From positions 1,086,507 to 1,150,506 of the forward strand of contig OY759598.1 in NCBI GenBank assembly GCA_963662435.1: DNA of 64,000 nt. Direction: 5' to 3'. Positions 1 to 9,521 of this stretch are shown one piece after another. Numbering within the stretch: the first letter of the stretch is position 1; the number at the start of each line of letters is the position of its first letter. The DNA comes from Dehalococcoidia bacterium (GTDB lineage Bacteria; Chloroflexota; Dehalococcoidia; Lucifugimonadales; VXLM01). The translations under genes were made by a program, and so were the position numbers. Below the pieces are notes generated by a model that was not told the DNA's origin, did no database searches, and saw only the letters and a list, made by a program, of their open reading frames with translations.

Positions 1-234
1 CAGCGGGTGCTCCTCGCCCTCATCGAGCAGGGCATGGAGCGCGAGACCGCCTACGGCATCGTCCATAATCGCGCGATGGAGAGCTGGGAGACTGGACAGG
101 ACTTTCGGGAAATGATGCGGTCCGACCCCGAAGTGAGCGGACTGCTGGCTTCCGACGACCTGGAGTCACTATTTGACTACAGATACTATGTCCGACACGT
201 AGACGAGATTTTCGAACGTGTCGGCTTGAAATAG
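1..234 (+). CDS. purB: Adenylosuccinate lyase, C-terminal part (truncated by window start)
   Basis: QRVLLALIEQGMERETAY...LFDYRYYVRHVDEIFERVG is the typical PurB C-terminus; directly upstream of purC. Confidence 0.9.
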   Translation, partial: QRVLLALIEQGMERETAYGIVHNRAMESWETGQDFREMMRSDPEVSGLLASDDLESLFDYRYYVRHVDEIFERVGLK

Positions 235-247
235 GAGGAATTAACGG

Positions 248-1120
248 ATGCAAGCATTAATGGAGTCCCCCCTGCCCGACCTCGTATATCGCGGCAAAGT
301 GCGCGATACCCACGATCTCGGTGATGAGTTTCTCATGGTGGCCACCGACAGGATTTCGGCTTTCGACGTGGTGATGCCGAACGGAATCCCCGACAAGGGC
401 GCCGTGCTGTCCCAGATATCCGCCTTCTGGTTCGGCAAGACGCAGCACCTGGTTCCGAATCACCTCATCGACTTGGGCATAGCGCGCCGGGATCTTGGGC
501 TTTCGACCGACATGCAGCGCCGGTCGATGATCGTCAAGAAAGCTGACCGCATCGACGTCGAGTGCATCGTGCGGGGCTATATCACCGGTTCGGCATGGAG
601 CGAGTACCGCAAGACCGGTACCGTTCAGGACAAGCCGATGCAGCCGGGACTAGTGGAGGGCGACAAGTTCCCGGAGCCGCTCTTCACCCCTACAACCAAG
701 GCTGAGGTCGGCCACGACGAGAACATGAGCTACGAAGAGGTCGTGGACATGGTCGGCGCGGATACCGCCGGTCGACTCCGAGACACCGCGATCGAAGTCT
801 TCAACTTCGCGCACGATGTCGCAATCGAGTGCGGGATCATACTCGCTGATACCAAGATGGAATTCGGCTTTATCGACGGCGAACTCTCGCTCATTGATGA
901 GCTGCTCACGCCCGATTCCAGCCGCTTCTGGGATGCTGAGGGCTATGCGCCCGGCAAATCGCAGCCAAACTTCGATAAACAATTCGTCCGCGACTACCTT
1001 GACTCCGAAGGCTGGGACCACGAGCCACCGGCCCCTGTCCTACCAAACGACATAGTCGCCAAGACCCGCGAACGCTATCTCGCGGCCTACAAACGATTGA
1101 CCGGAAACGACCTGATCTAG
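248..1120 (+). CDS. purC: Phosphoribosylaminoimidazole-succinocarboxamide (SAICAR) synthase
   Basis: YRGKVRD, ATDRISAFD, ECIVRGY, ILADTKMEFG, DELLTPDSSRFW, FDKQFVRDYL; RBS AGGAGG. Confidence 0.97.
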   Translation: MQALMESPLPDLVYRGKVRDTHDLGDEFLMVATDRISAFDVVMPNGIPDKGAVLSQISAFWFGKTQHLVPNHLIDLGIARRDLGLSTDMQRRSMIVKKADRIDVECIVRGYITGSAWSEYRKTGTVQDKPMQPGLVEGDKFPEPLFTPTTKAEVGHDENMSYEEVVDMVGADTAGRLRDTAIEVFNFAHDVAIECGIILADTKMEFGFIDGELSLIDELLTPDSSRFWDAEGYAPGKSQPNFDKQFVRDYLDSEGWDHEPPAPVLPNDIVAKTRERYLAAYKRLTGNDLI

Positions 1121-1161
1121 CATAGGGAGTTCGTGAGCGTCCGGAAGTCTAGGAGCGCAGC

Positions 1162-1902
1162 ATGGCCAACAGAGGGCGGCAGAACAAAGAGGGCGTTCAG
1201 CGCTTCCTAAGCCTTACTTACCTCCTAGTCGGAGGCGGAATCATCGTCGCCGTAGCTGTGGCCGTGATTCTCTTCGCGGCCTTGGGTAGCGATTCACAAT
1301 CGGGGTCAACGTCCCCATACACGGCTCAAGAGAGTTCCGCCGATTCCGGCTCCCAAGAGCAGTCCTCGACCGATGACAAGCCCGTACCGGAGGAGACCAC
1401 TCAGGAGGTCTCCCTTGTAACGCTGGAGGAGTTTGGCGACTTCCAGTGCTCCCACTGCGCCCAATTCGCCGTAACCATCGGCAGGCGGATCAAGGCCGAC
1501 TTTGTCGATGCAGGTCGGATCCAGTTCATATTTAGCCACTTCCCCTTCATAGGGACGGAGTCCTTCAGGGCCGCCGAGGCCACGGAGTGCGCCGCCGACC
1601 AGGACAAGTTCTGGGAGTTCCACGACATCGTATTCGAGAACAGGAAGGGTGTGAACGAGGGGCACTTCTCCGACGACAACCTCAAGCTCTTCGCCAGCAG
1701 CCTCCAGCTCGACAGAGGCGCGTTCGATTCCTGCTTCGACAGCGGCAAATACCGTGGCAAGGTAGGAGCCGACCTCCGACGTGGCGAACAACTTGGTGTC
1801 CAAGGGACGCCAACACTTTTCCTCAACGGGAAGATGCTCACTCCGTCCTCCTACGAAGAACTGGCCCAACTCATCGAATCGGCAATCGCAGACGGGCAAT
1901 GA
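1162..1902 (+). CDS. Membrane-anchored DsbA-family thiol:disulfide oxidoreductase
   Basis: N-terminal TM helix, EEFGDFQCSHC (CxxC), AAEATECAADQDKFW, GVQGTPT cis-Pro motif. Confidence 0.9.
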   Translation: MANRGRQNKEGVQRFLSLTYLLVGGGIIVAVAVAVILFAALGSDSQSGSTSPYTAQESSADSGSQEQSSTDDKPVPEETTQEVSLVTLEEFGDFQCSHCAQFAVTIGRRIKADFVDAGRIQFIFSHFPFIGTESFRAAEATECAADQDKFWEFHDIVFENRKGVNEGHFSDDNLKLFASSLQLDRGAFDSCFDSGKYRGKVGADLRRGEQLGVQGTPTLFLNGKMLTPSSYEELAQLIESAIADGQ

Positions 1903-2351
1903 GACCGGCCACTAGAGCGCGCTCGGCTATCGCGGCCCTGAGCCTCGCGGGTCTGGCGGTGGCAACTTACCTCAGCGTGGAGCATGTTACTGGCGGAATC
2001 CCTGTCTGTGGAATCTCGACCGGTTGCGACACGGTAACGACCAGCGAATACGCGGTCCTCATGGGGGTGCCGGTTGCCATTGTCGGAGTCGTTGGGTACG
2101 CAGCGCTGCTGCTCGGAACCCTCGCCTATCTGGGACTCGACAACCCTCCCACCGGCCTATCGTACGCGCTCATGGGGATAGCATTGCTTGGAGAGGGATT
2201 CACTTTGTACCTTGTCTACACGCAAGCCTTCCGCATCCATGCATACTGCGAATACTGTTTGAGCTCTGCGGTGATCATGACCTCCATCCTCGCTTTAAGC
2301 GCCTTTGCCACGTACAAAGCAAGACAGAATTCTTCTGTCGTGCTAGAGTAG
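1899..2351 (+). CDS. Vitamin K epoxide reductase (VKOR) family protein
   Basis: ATG overlaps the DsbA stop (ATGA); loop cysteines CGISTGCDTVTTSEYA, TM helices, AYCEYC redox motif. Confidence 0.9.
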   Translation: MRPATRARSAIAALSLAGLAVATYLSVEHVTGGIPVCGISTGCDTVTTSEYAVLMGVPVAIVGVVGYAALLLGTLAYLGLDNPPTGLSYALMGIALLGEGFTLYLVYTQAFRIHAYCEYCLSSAVIMTSILALSAFATYKARQNSSVVLE

Positions 2352-2394
2352 AATTCGACAATATCCAGAAATACCCGGCTAATTGCGAGGCGAC

Positions 2395-3009
2395 ATGGCC
2401 ACAGACGCCACCGAAAGACGAAGACAGACACCAACACAAGCGCGAGCCGCCCGGCGCGAGCGCAGAAACCGACGAACCAGGCTGAAGAGAATACTTGCCC
2501 TCACGGCGGTCGGAGGAGTATCCGCCCTTTTCCTCATCGCCCTCTTCATACCGCAGAGTTTCGGTGGTGGCGGCGACCGGGCCCTGCCGGACGGCCCCGG
2601 AGTCAGGCTGGAAGACCAGGGTCGAGAGCACATACCGGAAGGGGGTTCCCACGCGCCCTACAATATGTCCCCTCCCACCTCGGGCTGGCACTACGACCGA
2701 TGGGCCGCCTGGGGCATTAAGACCGAACCCCTGCCAGCCGAGCTGTTTATCCATAACATGGAGCACGGAGGCGTGATCCTCCACTACAACTGCCCCGACG
2801 GCTGCCCGGACGAGGTCGGTCAAATGGAGGAGATCGTCCGCCGCACCGACGAGACTATCCTCATGCCGAATCCCGACATGGAAAGCAGGTTTGCGGTGAC
2901 CGCATGGAACTGGATTCTCACAATGGACAAATATGACGACAGCCAGGCTCGCGACTTTGTGCGCAGTCACCTGAACTCGCCCAATGCACCGGAGTGGCCC
3001 AGCCGGTAG
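2395..3009 (+). CDS. DUF3105-domain membrane-anchored protein
   Basis: Arg-rich N-terminus plus TM helix; PPTSGWHY, HNMEHGGVILHYNC and AVTAW motifs. Confidence 0.8.
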   Translation: MATDATERRRQTPTQARAARRERRNRRTRLKRILALTAVGGVSALFLIALFIPQSFGGGGDRALPDGPGVRLEDQGREHIPEGGSHAPYNMSPPTSGWHYDRWAAWGIKTEPLPAELFIHNMEHGGVILHYNCPDGCPDEVGQMEEIVRRTDETILMPNPDMESRFAVTAWNWILTMDKYDDSQARDFVRSHLNSPNAPEWPSR

Positions 3010-3080
3010 CTTCTAAGCTTAGCTCGCGATTCCAGTTAGCGCGAAACTCCGCTCCGACCGCTGGAGACCTCCCTACCCAA

Positions 3081-3338
3081 ATGCAAAAATACCTGGCAAA
3101 GGTCTACGTCTCGCTCAAACCCACGGTCAACGACCCGGAGGGCCTGACCATACGAGGCGCTCTTGTCACCCTGGGCTACGACAAAGTCGAAACCGTGCGC
3201 GCGGGAAAGTACTTCCAGATCGAGATCGAGTCGGAATCCCAAGACGACGCCTCGAAGGCAGTCGAGGGAATTTGCAGCCAACTGCTGGCCAACCCCGTCA
3301 TCGAGCAGTACGTGTTTGAGCTAACCTGCGCAGAGTGA
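3081..3338 (+). CDS. purS: Phosphoribosylformylglycinamidine synthase subunit PurS
   Basis: VSLKPTVNDPEG, VRAGKYF, LLANPVIEQY. Confidence 0.95.
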   Translation: MQKYLAKVYVSLKPTVNDPEGLTIRGALVTLGYDKVETVRAGKYFQIEIESESQDDASKAVEGICSQLLANPVIEQYVFELTCAE

Positions 3339-3367
3339 AGCGGTCAGGACCGGCGCATGCGGCGCGT

Positions 3368-3444
3368 TGGCAGGGGTGGCAGGATTCGAACCCGCGGCCT
3401 ACGGTTTTGGAGACCGTTGCTCTACCAGCCTGAGCTACACCCCT
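3368..3444 (-). tRNA. tRNA-Trp (anticodon CCA), encoded 3'-CCA
   Basis: Minus strand AGGGGTGTAGCTCAGGCTGGTAGAGCAACGGTCTCCAAAACCGTAGGCCGCGGGTTCGAATCCTGCCACCCCTGCCA; anticodon loop CTCCAAA; T loop GTTCGAA. Confidence 0.97.
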
Positions 3445-3571
3445 GCGCTCCAGCCGCCTATCGATTGTAAGCCCCCGTCCTCACAGGGTCAATGATCCTG
3501 GGTGGGATCATGACTTGGTGAGAACGCCTCTCGTCCACCGCGATGGGCCGTTCGACCCACCTTCGATACGG

Positions 3572-3577
3572 TATAAT
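3572..3577 (+). promoter_or_regulatory. Putative sigma70 -10 box (TATAAT) for the TPP-enzyme gene
   Basis: Perfect TATAAT ~33 nt before the ATG at 3610, followed by a GAGG RBS. Confidence 0.5.
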
Positions 3578-3609
3578 CTGCCGACACCACCAGAAGCGAG
3601 GTCAACCAT

Positions 3610-5277
3610 ATGAGAGGCGCGGATGCAGTTGCCAGGACACTACAGGGTGCCGGAGTGGAGCGAATCTTCGCCCTTTCCGGCAACCAGATTATGCCGCTAT
3701 TCGACGCCTGTCTGGACGCGGATATCGACCTCCTGCACGTCCGGCAGGAGGCTGCGGCTGTCCACATGGCCGACGCTTGGGGACGCCTCACCGGCCAGCC
3801 CGGCGTGGCACTCGTCACTGCCGGCCCTGGCTTCGCAAACACCCTCACCGGTCTGTACGTAGCCACTATTTCGGAGTCCCCTTTGGTCCTGCTGAGCGGC
3901 TGCGCTCCCATGAAGCAGCATCCCAAAGGCGCGTTCCAAGCTATGGCGCAGGCTGAAATTGCTGCCCACGTCTCGAAGGCGTCATGGACTGCCGAAAGCG
4001 CGTCCGGCCTTCCCAACGACATTCGCAAGGCCCTGGACATCGCCTCATCCGGCCGTCCCGGGCCAGTGCATATTGCCCTACCCTTCAATACCGTAGACGA
4101 CGAAGTGGATTCCCCGGAAGACGCGCTCGTTTCCGACGGCAATGGTGGATTCCACCCACGGATCATCGATGACGCGGACGCAACTCAGTTTCTCGCAGAA
4201 CTCCGCGGCGCCAAGACGCCACTGATTCTCGCAGGATCGATGATGATGCGCGAGGAAGGGTCCACGGTGTTGGCCAAACTTTCAGCCGCCACAGGGGCCC
4301 CCGTCGTCGAGATGGAGAGTCCGCGAGGAACAAATGACCCTGCCCTGGGAGCGTTTGCCGAGGTCCTCGCGGAGGCCGATCTCATCGCACTGATTGGCAA
4401 GAAGCTGGACTTTACCCTCAAAATGGGAACGGAACCTGATATCCGTCCAGACTGCCGGTTCATACAGCTCGACCCCGATCGCTCCGCAATCGACCTCACG
4501 CACAGGAACGTTGGCGATTCTGCCCGAGTCGCGATGAGCGTCGTGGCCGATCCCATTCCCTCAGTTCGCCGAATTGTGGATCTAGCCAACGCCCAGGTGA
4601 ACGAGAGTGGCTGGGCGGATGAGGTGTCATCCGCCGTAAGCTACCGCCCCGCTTCATGGTCGGAAATGCGGGCCGAACAGGGCGCCCCGCTTCATTCATA
4701 TGAGGTCGCGGCGGCGGTCCAGGCTTATCTTGACGAAGACCCTAACTCGGTGTTCATCTGCGACGGAGGAGAGTGGGGACAGTGGGCGCAGGCCTGCATC
4801 ACCGCACCAACTCGGATACTCAACGGCCCCGCGGGCTCCATCGGAACGTCCATTCCGTTCGCCCTCGCAGCGCGGCTGGCGCGCCCCGAGTCTCGGATCG
4901 TAACCGTCCTCGGCGACGGCACTGCGGGATTCCACATCATGGAGTACGATACTGCTGTGCGTTACGACATCCCATTCGTAGCTGTGCTCGGTAACGACGC
5001 CGCGTGGAACGCCGAATACCAGATTCAGCTCCGCGAGTACGGAGACGAGCGTCTCGTGGGTTGCGAGCTTCTCCCCTCTCGGTACGACCGTGTCGTCGAG
5101 GCGCTGGGCGGTCATGGCGAACATGTTGAATCGGCGTCCGACCTGGCCCCTGCCCTGCAACGTGCGGGGTTGTCGAATCTTCCTGCCCTCGTTAACGTCA
5201 ACCTAGCACGGGACGCCGCCCCTGTGGTCCGTAGGTCGTCTGATGCAACTCAAGCCAGTTCCGCAGTGCTGCACTAG
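3610..5277 (+). CDS. Thiamine pyrophosphate-binding protein (acetolactate synthase / oxalyl-CoA decarboxylase-like)
   Basis: VRQEAAAVHMADAW, VTAGPGFAN, GRPGPVH, GDGTAGF...ND TPP motif. Confidence 0.9.
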   Translation: MRGADAVARTLQGAGVERIFALSGNQIMPLFDACLDADIDLLHVRQEAAAVHMADAWGRLTGQPGVALVTAGPGFANTLTGLYVATISESPLVLLSGCAPMKQHPKGAFQAMAQAEIAAHVSKASWTAESASGLPNDIRKALDIASSGRPGPVHIALPFNTVDDEVDSPEDALVSDGNGGFHPRIIDDADATQFLAELRGAKTPLILAGSMMMREEGSTVLAKLSAATGAPVVEMESPRGTNDPALGAFAEVLAEADLIALIGKKLDFTLKMGTEPDIRPDCRFIQLDPDRSAIDLTHRNVGDSARVAMSVVADPIPSVRRIVDLANAQVNESGWADEVSSAVSYRPASWSEMRAEQGAPLHSYEVAAAVQAYLDEDPNSVFICDGGEWGQWAQACITAPTRILNGPAGSIGTSIPFALAARLARPESRIVTVLGDGTAGFHIMEYDTAVRYDIPFVAVLGNDAAWNAEYQIQLREYGDERLVGCELLPSRYDRVVEALGGHGEHVESASDLAPALQRAGLSNLPALVNVNLARDAAPVVRRSSDATQASSAVLH

Positions 5278-5720
5278 AATCGGGCCGCTCCGCGAGACCT
5301 ATGGGCATAAGAGACGAATCCTTTGAAACCCGATTTGACGCTAGTTTGGGGCAAGCCTAAGCTGGTCATATGGAGACACTGGACCGCCTGTAGCATTACC
5401 CATCACGAATGTGTCCATTCGCAGGCTTGTGGGCGTAACGACAATGTTAGGTACAGGCGAGCGCCTGGTCGTGTTACCCCTGATTGTGCCCGCGGCCGAG
5501 ACCGTGATAATTTGACAATAACAATAGACAACGGCACAAAATGGCACATATTTTGAGAAGTTCACATGTTGTCGTGCCGTTGTGCCTCATGCTCTCCGCC
5601 CCTCTATAAAGGGCGATAACGTATTAGCGCACTCCGCGCATTCCTTGCCGCCGACGCGAGACCCTGTGCCATCCTCCCCGCTTGTAGTGGGGACGGCATG
5701 GCCCAATGTGCAATGCTCCA

Positions 5721-6428
5721 TTAGTCGGTGAACTCATCAGGCCACCAGTCCGGCCACACCGACTCACCCTGGTACGGAGATCGCGGGTCCCAGAAGCTGC
5801 GCGTTTGTATCGTCAGCTCACGAATGTTTGGACGGTCAAGTTCTTCCGGTAGCGGAAGTATCCTCCCCGGCACGCCAATAACGAAGCTCCGAGGCGGAAT
5901 GTCCTTTGTTACTACCGCCCCACCGGCGATGAAGCTCCCTTTGCCGATGGTAATGTCTGGCATCACGGTTACGCCTCCTCCTATCATCACATCGTCCTCT
6001 ATGGTCGCGCCTCTTGGCGTGGGCATTGGCTCGATGCGTCCGGGAAAGCGATCGTTCGTGAAGGTGACTCCCGGCCCGATGAAGACGTGGTCTCCTACCC
6101 ACGTCCGAGAAGGGATGTACACATGCGACATAACTCGCACTCCCGTTCCGAACCTCACGATGCCTTCTATCGTCGACTGGTTCATCAGGGTGCAGTAGTC
6201 GCCCATCTTGACGAACGCTCGTATTACCGAGTTGTAACCGGCCTGGAAGTGATCGCCGATTCGCGTGTCACCATAGATTACCGTCCCCCTTCGGATCATG
6301 CAGTCCTTCCCCAGCAGAGCAGGTCCACACTCTTCGTGGTAGCGGAATCCGATGTCCACGCCCGGCTCAATGAGGGTGCCCTCACCGATTTCAGCGTTAG
6401 TGAAGCTGTCTGCGTCTACGGTATCCAT
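5721..6428 (-). CDS. Hexapeptide-repeat (left-handed beta-helix) acyltransferase
   Basis: Hexapeptide repeats, HVFIGPGVTFTND, IGGGVTVMPDITIG, GAVVTKDIP...GVPGR; RBS GGAGAGG before the ATG at 6428. Confidence 0.88.
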   Translation of the reverse strand: MDTVDADSFTNAEIGEGTLIEPGVDIGFRYHEECGPALLGKDCMIRRGTVIYGDTRIGDHFQAGYNSVIRAFVKMGDYCTLMNQSTIEGIVRFGTGVRVMSHVYIPSRTWVGDHVFIGPGVTFTNDRFPGRIEPMPTPRGATIEDDVMIGGGVTVMPDITIGKGSFIAGGAVVTKDIPPRSFVIGVPGRILPLPEELDRPNIRELTIQTRSFWDPRSPYQGESVWPDWWPDEFTD

Positions 6429-6523
6429 CCTCTCCTCCGACGATTCATTCAGGTAATTCCGGAAGGATACCACGCGGGCCTGCCATTGTTGACTGCCCCC
6501 TACCCCATTGCTACGCTTGACCG

Positions 6524-7993
6524 ATGAACACTTGGGTTCGCGCGATGTCTGCGATGTTTCTTGCCCTTTTCGTCCTTTCGGGGTGCGAGCAAGTGGAACA
6601 CTCATTAAGACCCGTGCGGGTCGACCCGTCCGACCTCAAGACAGTTACGTTTAGCGACCAGGGCTTTACACCGCTGCGGCTCGAGATCGAGGTGGGCCAA
6701 ACGGTGCGGTTCCGCAACGCATCGGAGACCTTCTTCTGGCCGGCGTCGAACATCCACCCAACTCACCAGATTTACCCGGAGTTCGATGTCGGGGAACCTG
6801 TCGAGACGGGCAAGACGTGGACTTTCACCTTTGAACGTCCTGGGTTCTGGCGATACCACAATCATTTGGGCCCGGAACGTAGTGGTCTGATAGTTGTAAC
6901 GGGCGACCCCGTCGAGCCGCCCGCCCCTCTCGTTCTTACCTCCGAGGGCCTGTCATTCGGCACCCCGTCAGACCTGTCTCTCACGCAATACATGGAACTC
7001 TACGAGAGCGACAACGCAATGACGAGGTTTCTCCGCGACTACGGACCAACAGAGACCGTGAAGGCGCTGCTGGAAGGGTCTATACGCACAAATGCCGACT
7101 GCCACCAGCGAGCCCACGATGCCGGTAGAGTGGCCTACGAGCTGTTCGGTGCCGCTGCATTCTACCTGGCGAGTCACGAGTGTCAGGCGGGTTCGTACCA
7201 CGGAGCGACCGAGGCGCTCTTCCACGACCGTGGCACGGTCAATCTGCGTGAGGATGTCACCGTGCTCTGCAGCTACGCCAACGCCTCGTTCTACTACCTT
7301 CAGTGTCTGCACGGGGTGGGCCATGGCCTCATGGCGTGGACCAGCTACGAATTGCAAGACGCGCTCTCGCTGTGCGAGGAACTCGACCTGCCGTCCGACC
7401 ACCGGGCCTGCTACTCGGGCGTCTTCATGGAGAACGTCATTGGGGGCCTCTCGGGACTCATGGGGCACGTGACCGAGTACCTGTCCGACGACCCCCACTA
7501 CCCCTGTAACTCTTTGGATGAGGAGTATGTCCAGATGTGCTATTTCTATCAGAGCACCCGCATGATGATCCTCTACGATAACGACCTTGCCAGGGTGGCG
7601 GCATCCTGTGCCGCGGCGCCAGAAGAGGCCCACCATTACTGTTTCCGGAGTCTCGGCCGCGACGTGGGCGGCTTCACGGTTGGTGATCCCGAGCGGGCCC
7701 TTGAACTGTGCGCCCTTGCCGATGTTCCGAAGAACCGGGCTTACTGTATCGAGGGAGCGGTGCAAAACAGGTTCTGGGATGTATCAGGGGCCGATGAAGC
7801 GCTCAGCATGTGCAGTATGTCTGCCGACCAGGGGGACCGCTTTGCCTGCTATCAAACTATCGTCTTCCGCGCTCAAGAGCTCTACGAGAGTGAAGATGAA
7901 TTTGCGGCGTTTTGCAGGCGAGTGGATGAGAACTTTAGAGAGTGGTGCCTGAGCAAAGAGCTTACTGGTTTCGGCAGTGAATCACTGCAGTGA
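6524..7993 (+). CDS. Lipoprotein with cupredoxin-like domain and Cys/His-rich C-terminal domain
   Basis: Lipobox LSGC; GFTPLRLEIEVGQTVRFRN...WTFTFERPGFWRYHNH; repeated C-x-x-G-x-x-H motifs (CHQRAH, CQAGSYHG, CLHGVGHG, CYSGVFMEN). Confidence 0.75.
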   Translation: MNTWVRAMSAMFLALFVLSGCEQVEHSLRPVRVDPSDLKTVTFSDQGFTPLRLEIEVGQTVRFRNASETFFWPASNIHPTHQIYPEFDVGEPVETGKTWTFTFERPGFWRYHNHLGPERSGLIVVTGDPVEPPAPLVLTSEGLSFGTPSDLSLTQYMELYESDNAMTRFLRDYGPTETVKALLEGSIRTNADCHQRAHDAGRVAYELFGAAAFYLASHECQAGSYHGATEALFHDRGTVNLREDVTVLCSYANASFYYLQCLHGVGHGLMAWTSYELQDALSLCEELDLPSDHRACYSGVFMENVIGGLSGLMGHVTEYLSDDPHYPCNSLDEEYVQMCYFYQSTRMMILYDNDLARVAASCAAAPEEAHHYCFRSLGRDVGGFTVGDPERALELCALADVPKNRAYCIEGAVQNRFWDVSGADEALSMCSMSADQGDRFACYQTIVFRAQELYESEDEFAAFCRRVDENFREWCLSKELTGFGSESLQ

Positions 7994-8064
7994 AGGAATT
8001 CGCAGTCGTGGGGGTTGCATTCTCACCAATCCGATTGCAAGAGTCACAAAACGTGGTTGGATTC

Positions 8065-8093
8065 TTGACAGTTCCCCTCGCCGTTCATAGACT
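8065..8093 (+). promoter_or_regulatory. Putative sigma70 promoter TTGACA-17-TAGACT
   Basis: Consensus -35, 17-nt spacer and 4/6 -10 upstream of the DUF502 gene. Confidence 0.55.
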
Positions 8094-8159
8094 TACAACC
8101 GACTTCGATACTTGTACCTCACGAGTCTCCCAAGACGGGCAATCTCAACGAGGCCTTTA

Positions 8160-8918
8160 ATGACTGAATACCCGGAGCAGGAGTCCATCGGTAAGAAGAT
8201 AATCGGGCATGTGCGCGGCACCCTCATCGCAGGTGTGCTCATTCTCGTTCCCGTCGCCATTACCTATGTGCTTGTGGTCTGGGTCTTCAACAACATCGAT
8301 GGGCTGCTTCAGCCTTTGTTGGAGAGGATCACCGACCGTCATATCCCAGGTCTTGGCTTGCTCGCCCTTATCATTCTGGTCTATATCCTAGGTCTCGTAT
8401 GGACCAAGCGGTTAGGCCGTCGAACTATCCGTACACTCCAGCACTTTCTACTAAAGATCCCTCTGATCGGTGCCGTATATGGCCCGGCCCGGAAGCTCAT
8501 CGAGTCGTTCACGGGAGAGAGCTCCGCAGGAATCAAAAGGGTGGTTGTGGTCGAGTATCCGAAGCAGGGCACCTGGATGATTGGATTTCTCACAGGAATT
8601 GCCAACGTAGTTCCAGGTTCCACAATGGGAGTGATCTATCTGCCGACCGCTCCAACGCCAAATTCCGGCTGGGTTGCGATGGTGCCGATTCAGAACATCT
8701 ACGACACGACAATGACGGTCCAACAAGCAATGACGATGGTGCTATCCGGAGGAATATCATCGCCTGTGCAGATAGACCTCAAGCCCATGGACCCACGTGA
8801 AGTAGCCGAATTCGCAATGGTGGATTCAGAGACTGATATGCCGGCGGTAAGTCCCGAATCAGGGGTGTTCAATCTACCTTTCATCGGCCGCAAGGACGAA
8901 GGAAATAAATCGAGGTGA
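8160..8918 (+). CDS. DUF502 family membrane protein
   Basis: IAGVLILVPVAIT, KIPLIGAVY, VVVVEYPKQG, YLPTAPTPNSGW, MVLSGG. Confidence 0.9.
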   Translation: MTEYPEQESIGKKIIGHVRGTLIAGVLILVPVAITYVLVVWVFNNIDGLLQPLLERITDRHIPGLGLLALIILVYILGLVWTKRLGRRTIRTLQHFLLKIPLIGAVYGPARKLIESFTGESSAGIKRVVVVEYPKQGTWMIGFLTGIANVVPGSTMGVIYLPTAPTPNSGWVAMVPIQNIYDTTMTVQQAMTMVLSGGISSPVQIDLKPMDPREVAEFAMVDSETDMPAVSPESGVFNLPFIGRKDEGNKSR

Positions 8919-8924
8919 ATTAAC

Positions 8925-9521
8925 TTGGGAGTTGACAGCAATAAAGTCAGATTGTCGGGAGAGAACTCATTCCTCCGTTTGAGCACTTCTCCAGGAGCAG
9001 ATCCAACCACGAGCAACAGTCACTGGCGAATCGTCCACTCACCGAAGGGGGTGGGGCATGTGCTTTTCACCAAGGGGGAATTGACCGGCGATGAAGCTAG
9101 GATCTATTCCGACAATATCGACATGGCCCGCTGGCTTCAGGAAGGTGTGCAAGCCTCCATGGGCGACCAGTATGCGGGCGACATACCGATCATCGAGGCC
9201 GACTTTTGGAAGTCGGGCGATACGCTGTCTTTCTGGACTGAGTACGTCGAGTCTCGCGACGATCACATCACTATGACTTGGTACAACCTCGGAGAGCCGG
9301 TGATGGTCGCGAATCCACCCGGAGAGAAGGAGGGGCAGCCCCACGGAGTGTACAGCCTGCTTGTCCCGGCAGGACGCGCCCAAATGACGGTGAACGGCAT
9401 AGTGGCATCAGGCAAGGCGCATCCCCGCCCGCTGGACGACTCAACCTCAATCAGTACTTGCTGCATCGCTCTCTCTGAGACATGGACGATTCCCAAAGAA
9501 CACGAGTGGGCTTGCGAGTGA
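8925..9521 (+). CDS. Conserved-looking hypothetical protein
   Basis: 198-aa ORF (TTG start, GAGG upstream), co-oriented with DUF502, normal composition; no family recognised. Confidence 0.7.
   Translation: MGVDSNKVRLSGENSFLRLSTSPGADPTTSNSHWRIVHSPKGVGHVLFTKGELTGDEARIYSDNIDMARWLQEGVQASMGDQYAGDIPIIEADFWKSGDTLSFWTEYVESRDDHITMTWYNLGEPVMVANPPGEKEGQPHGVYSLLVPAGRAQMTVNGIVASGKAHPRPLDDSTSISTCCIALSETWTIPKEHEWACE

Noticed and set aside
7090..7450. Multiheme cytochrome interpretation of the Cys/His-rich domain
   Set aside because: No CxxCH motifs are present
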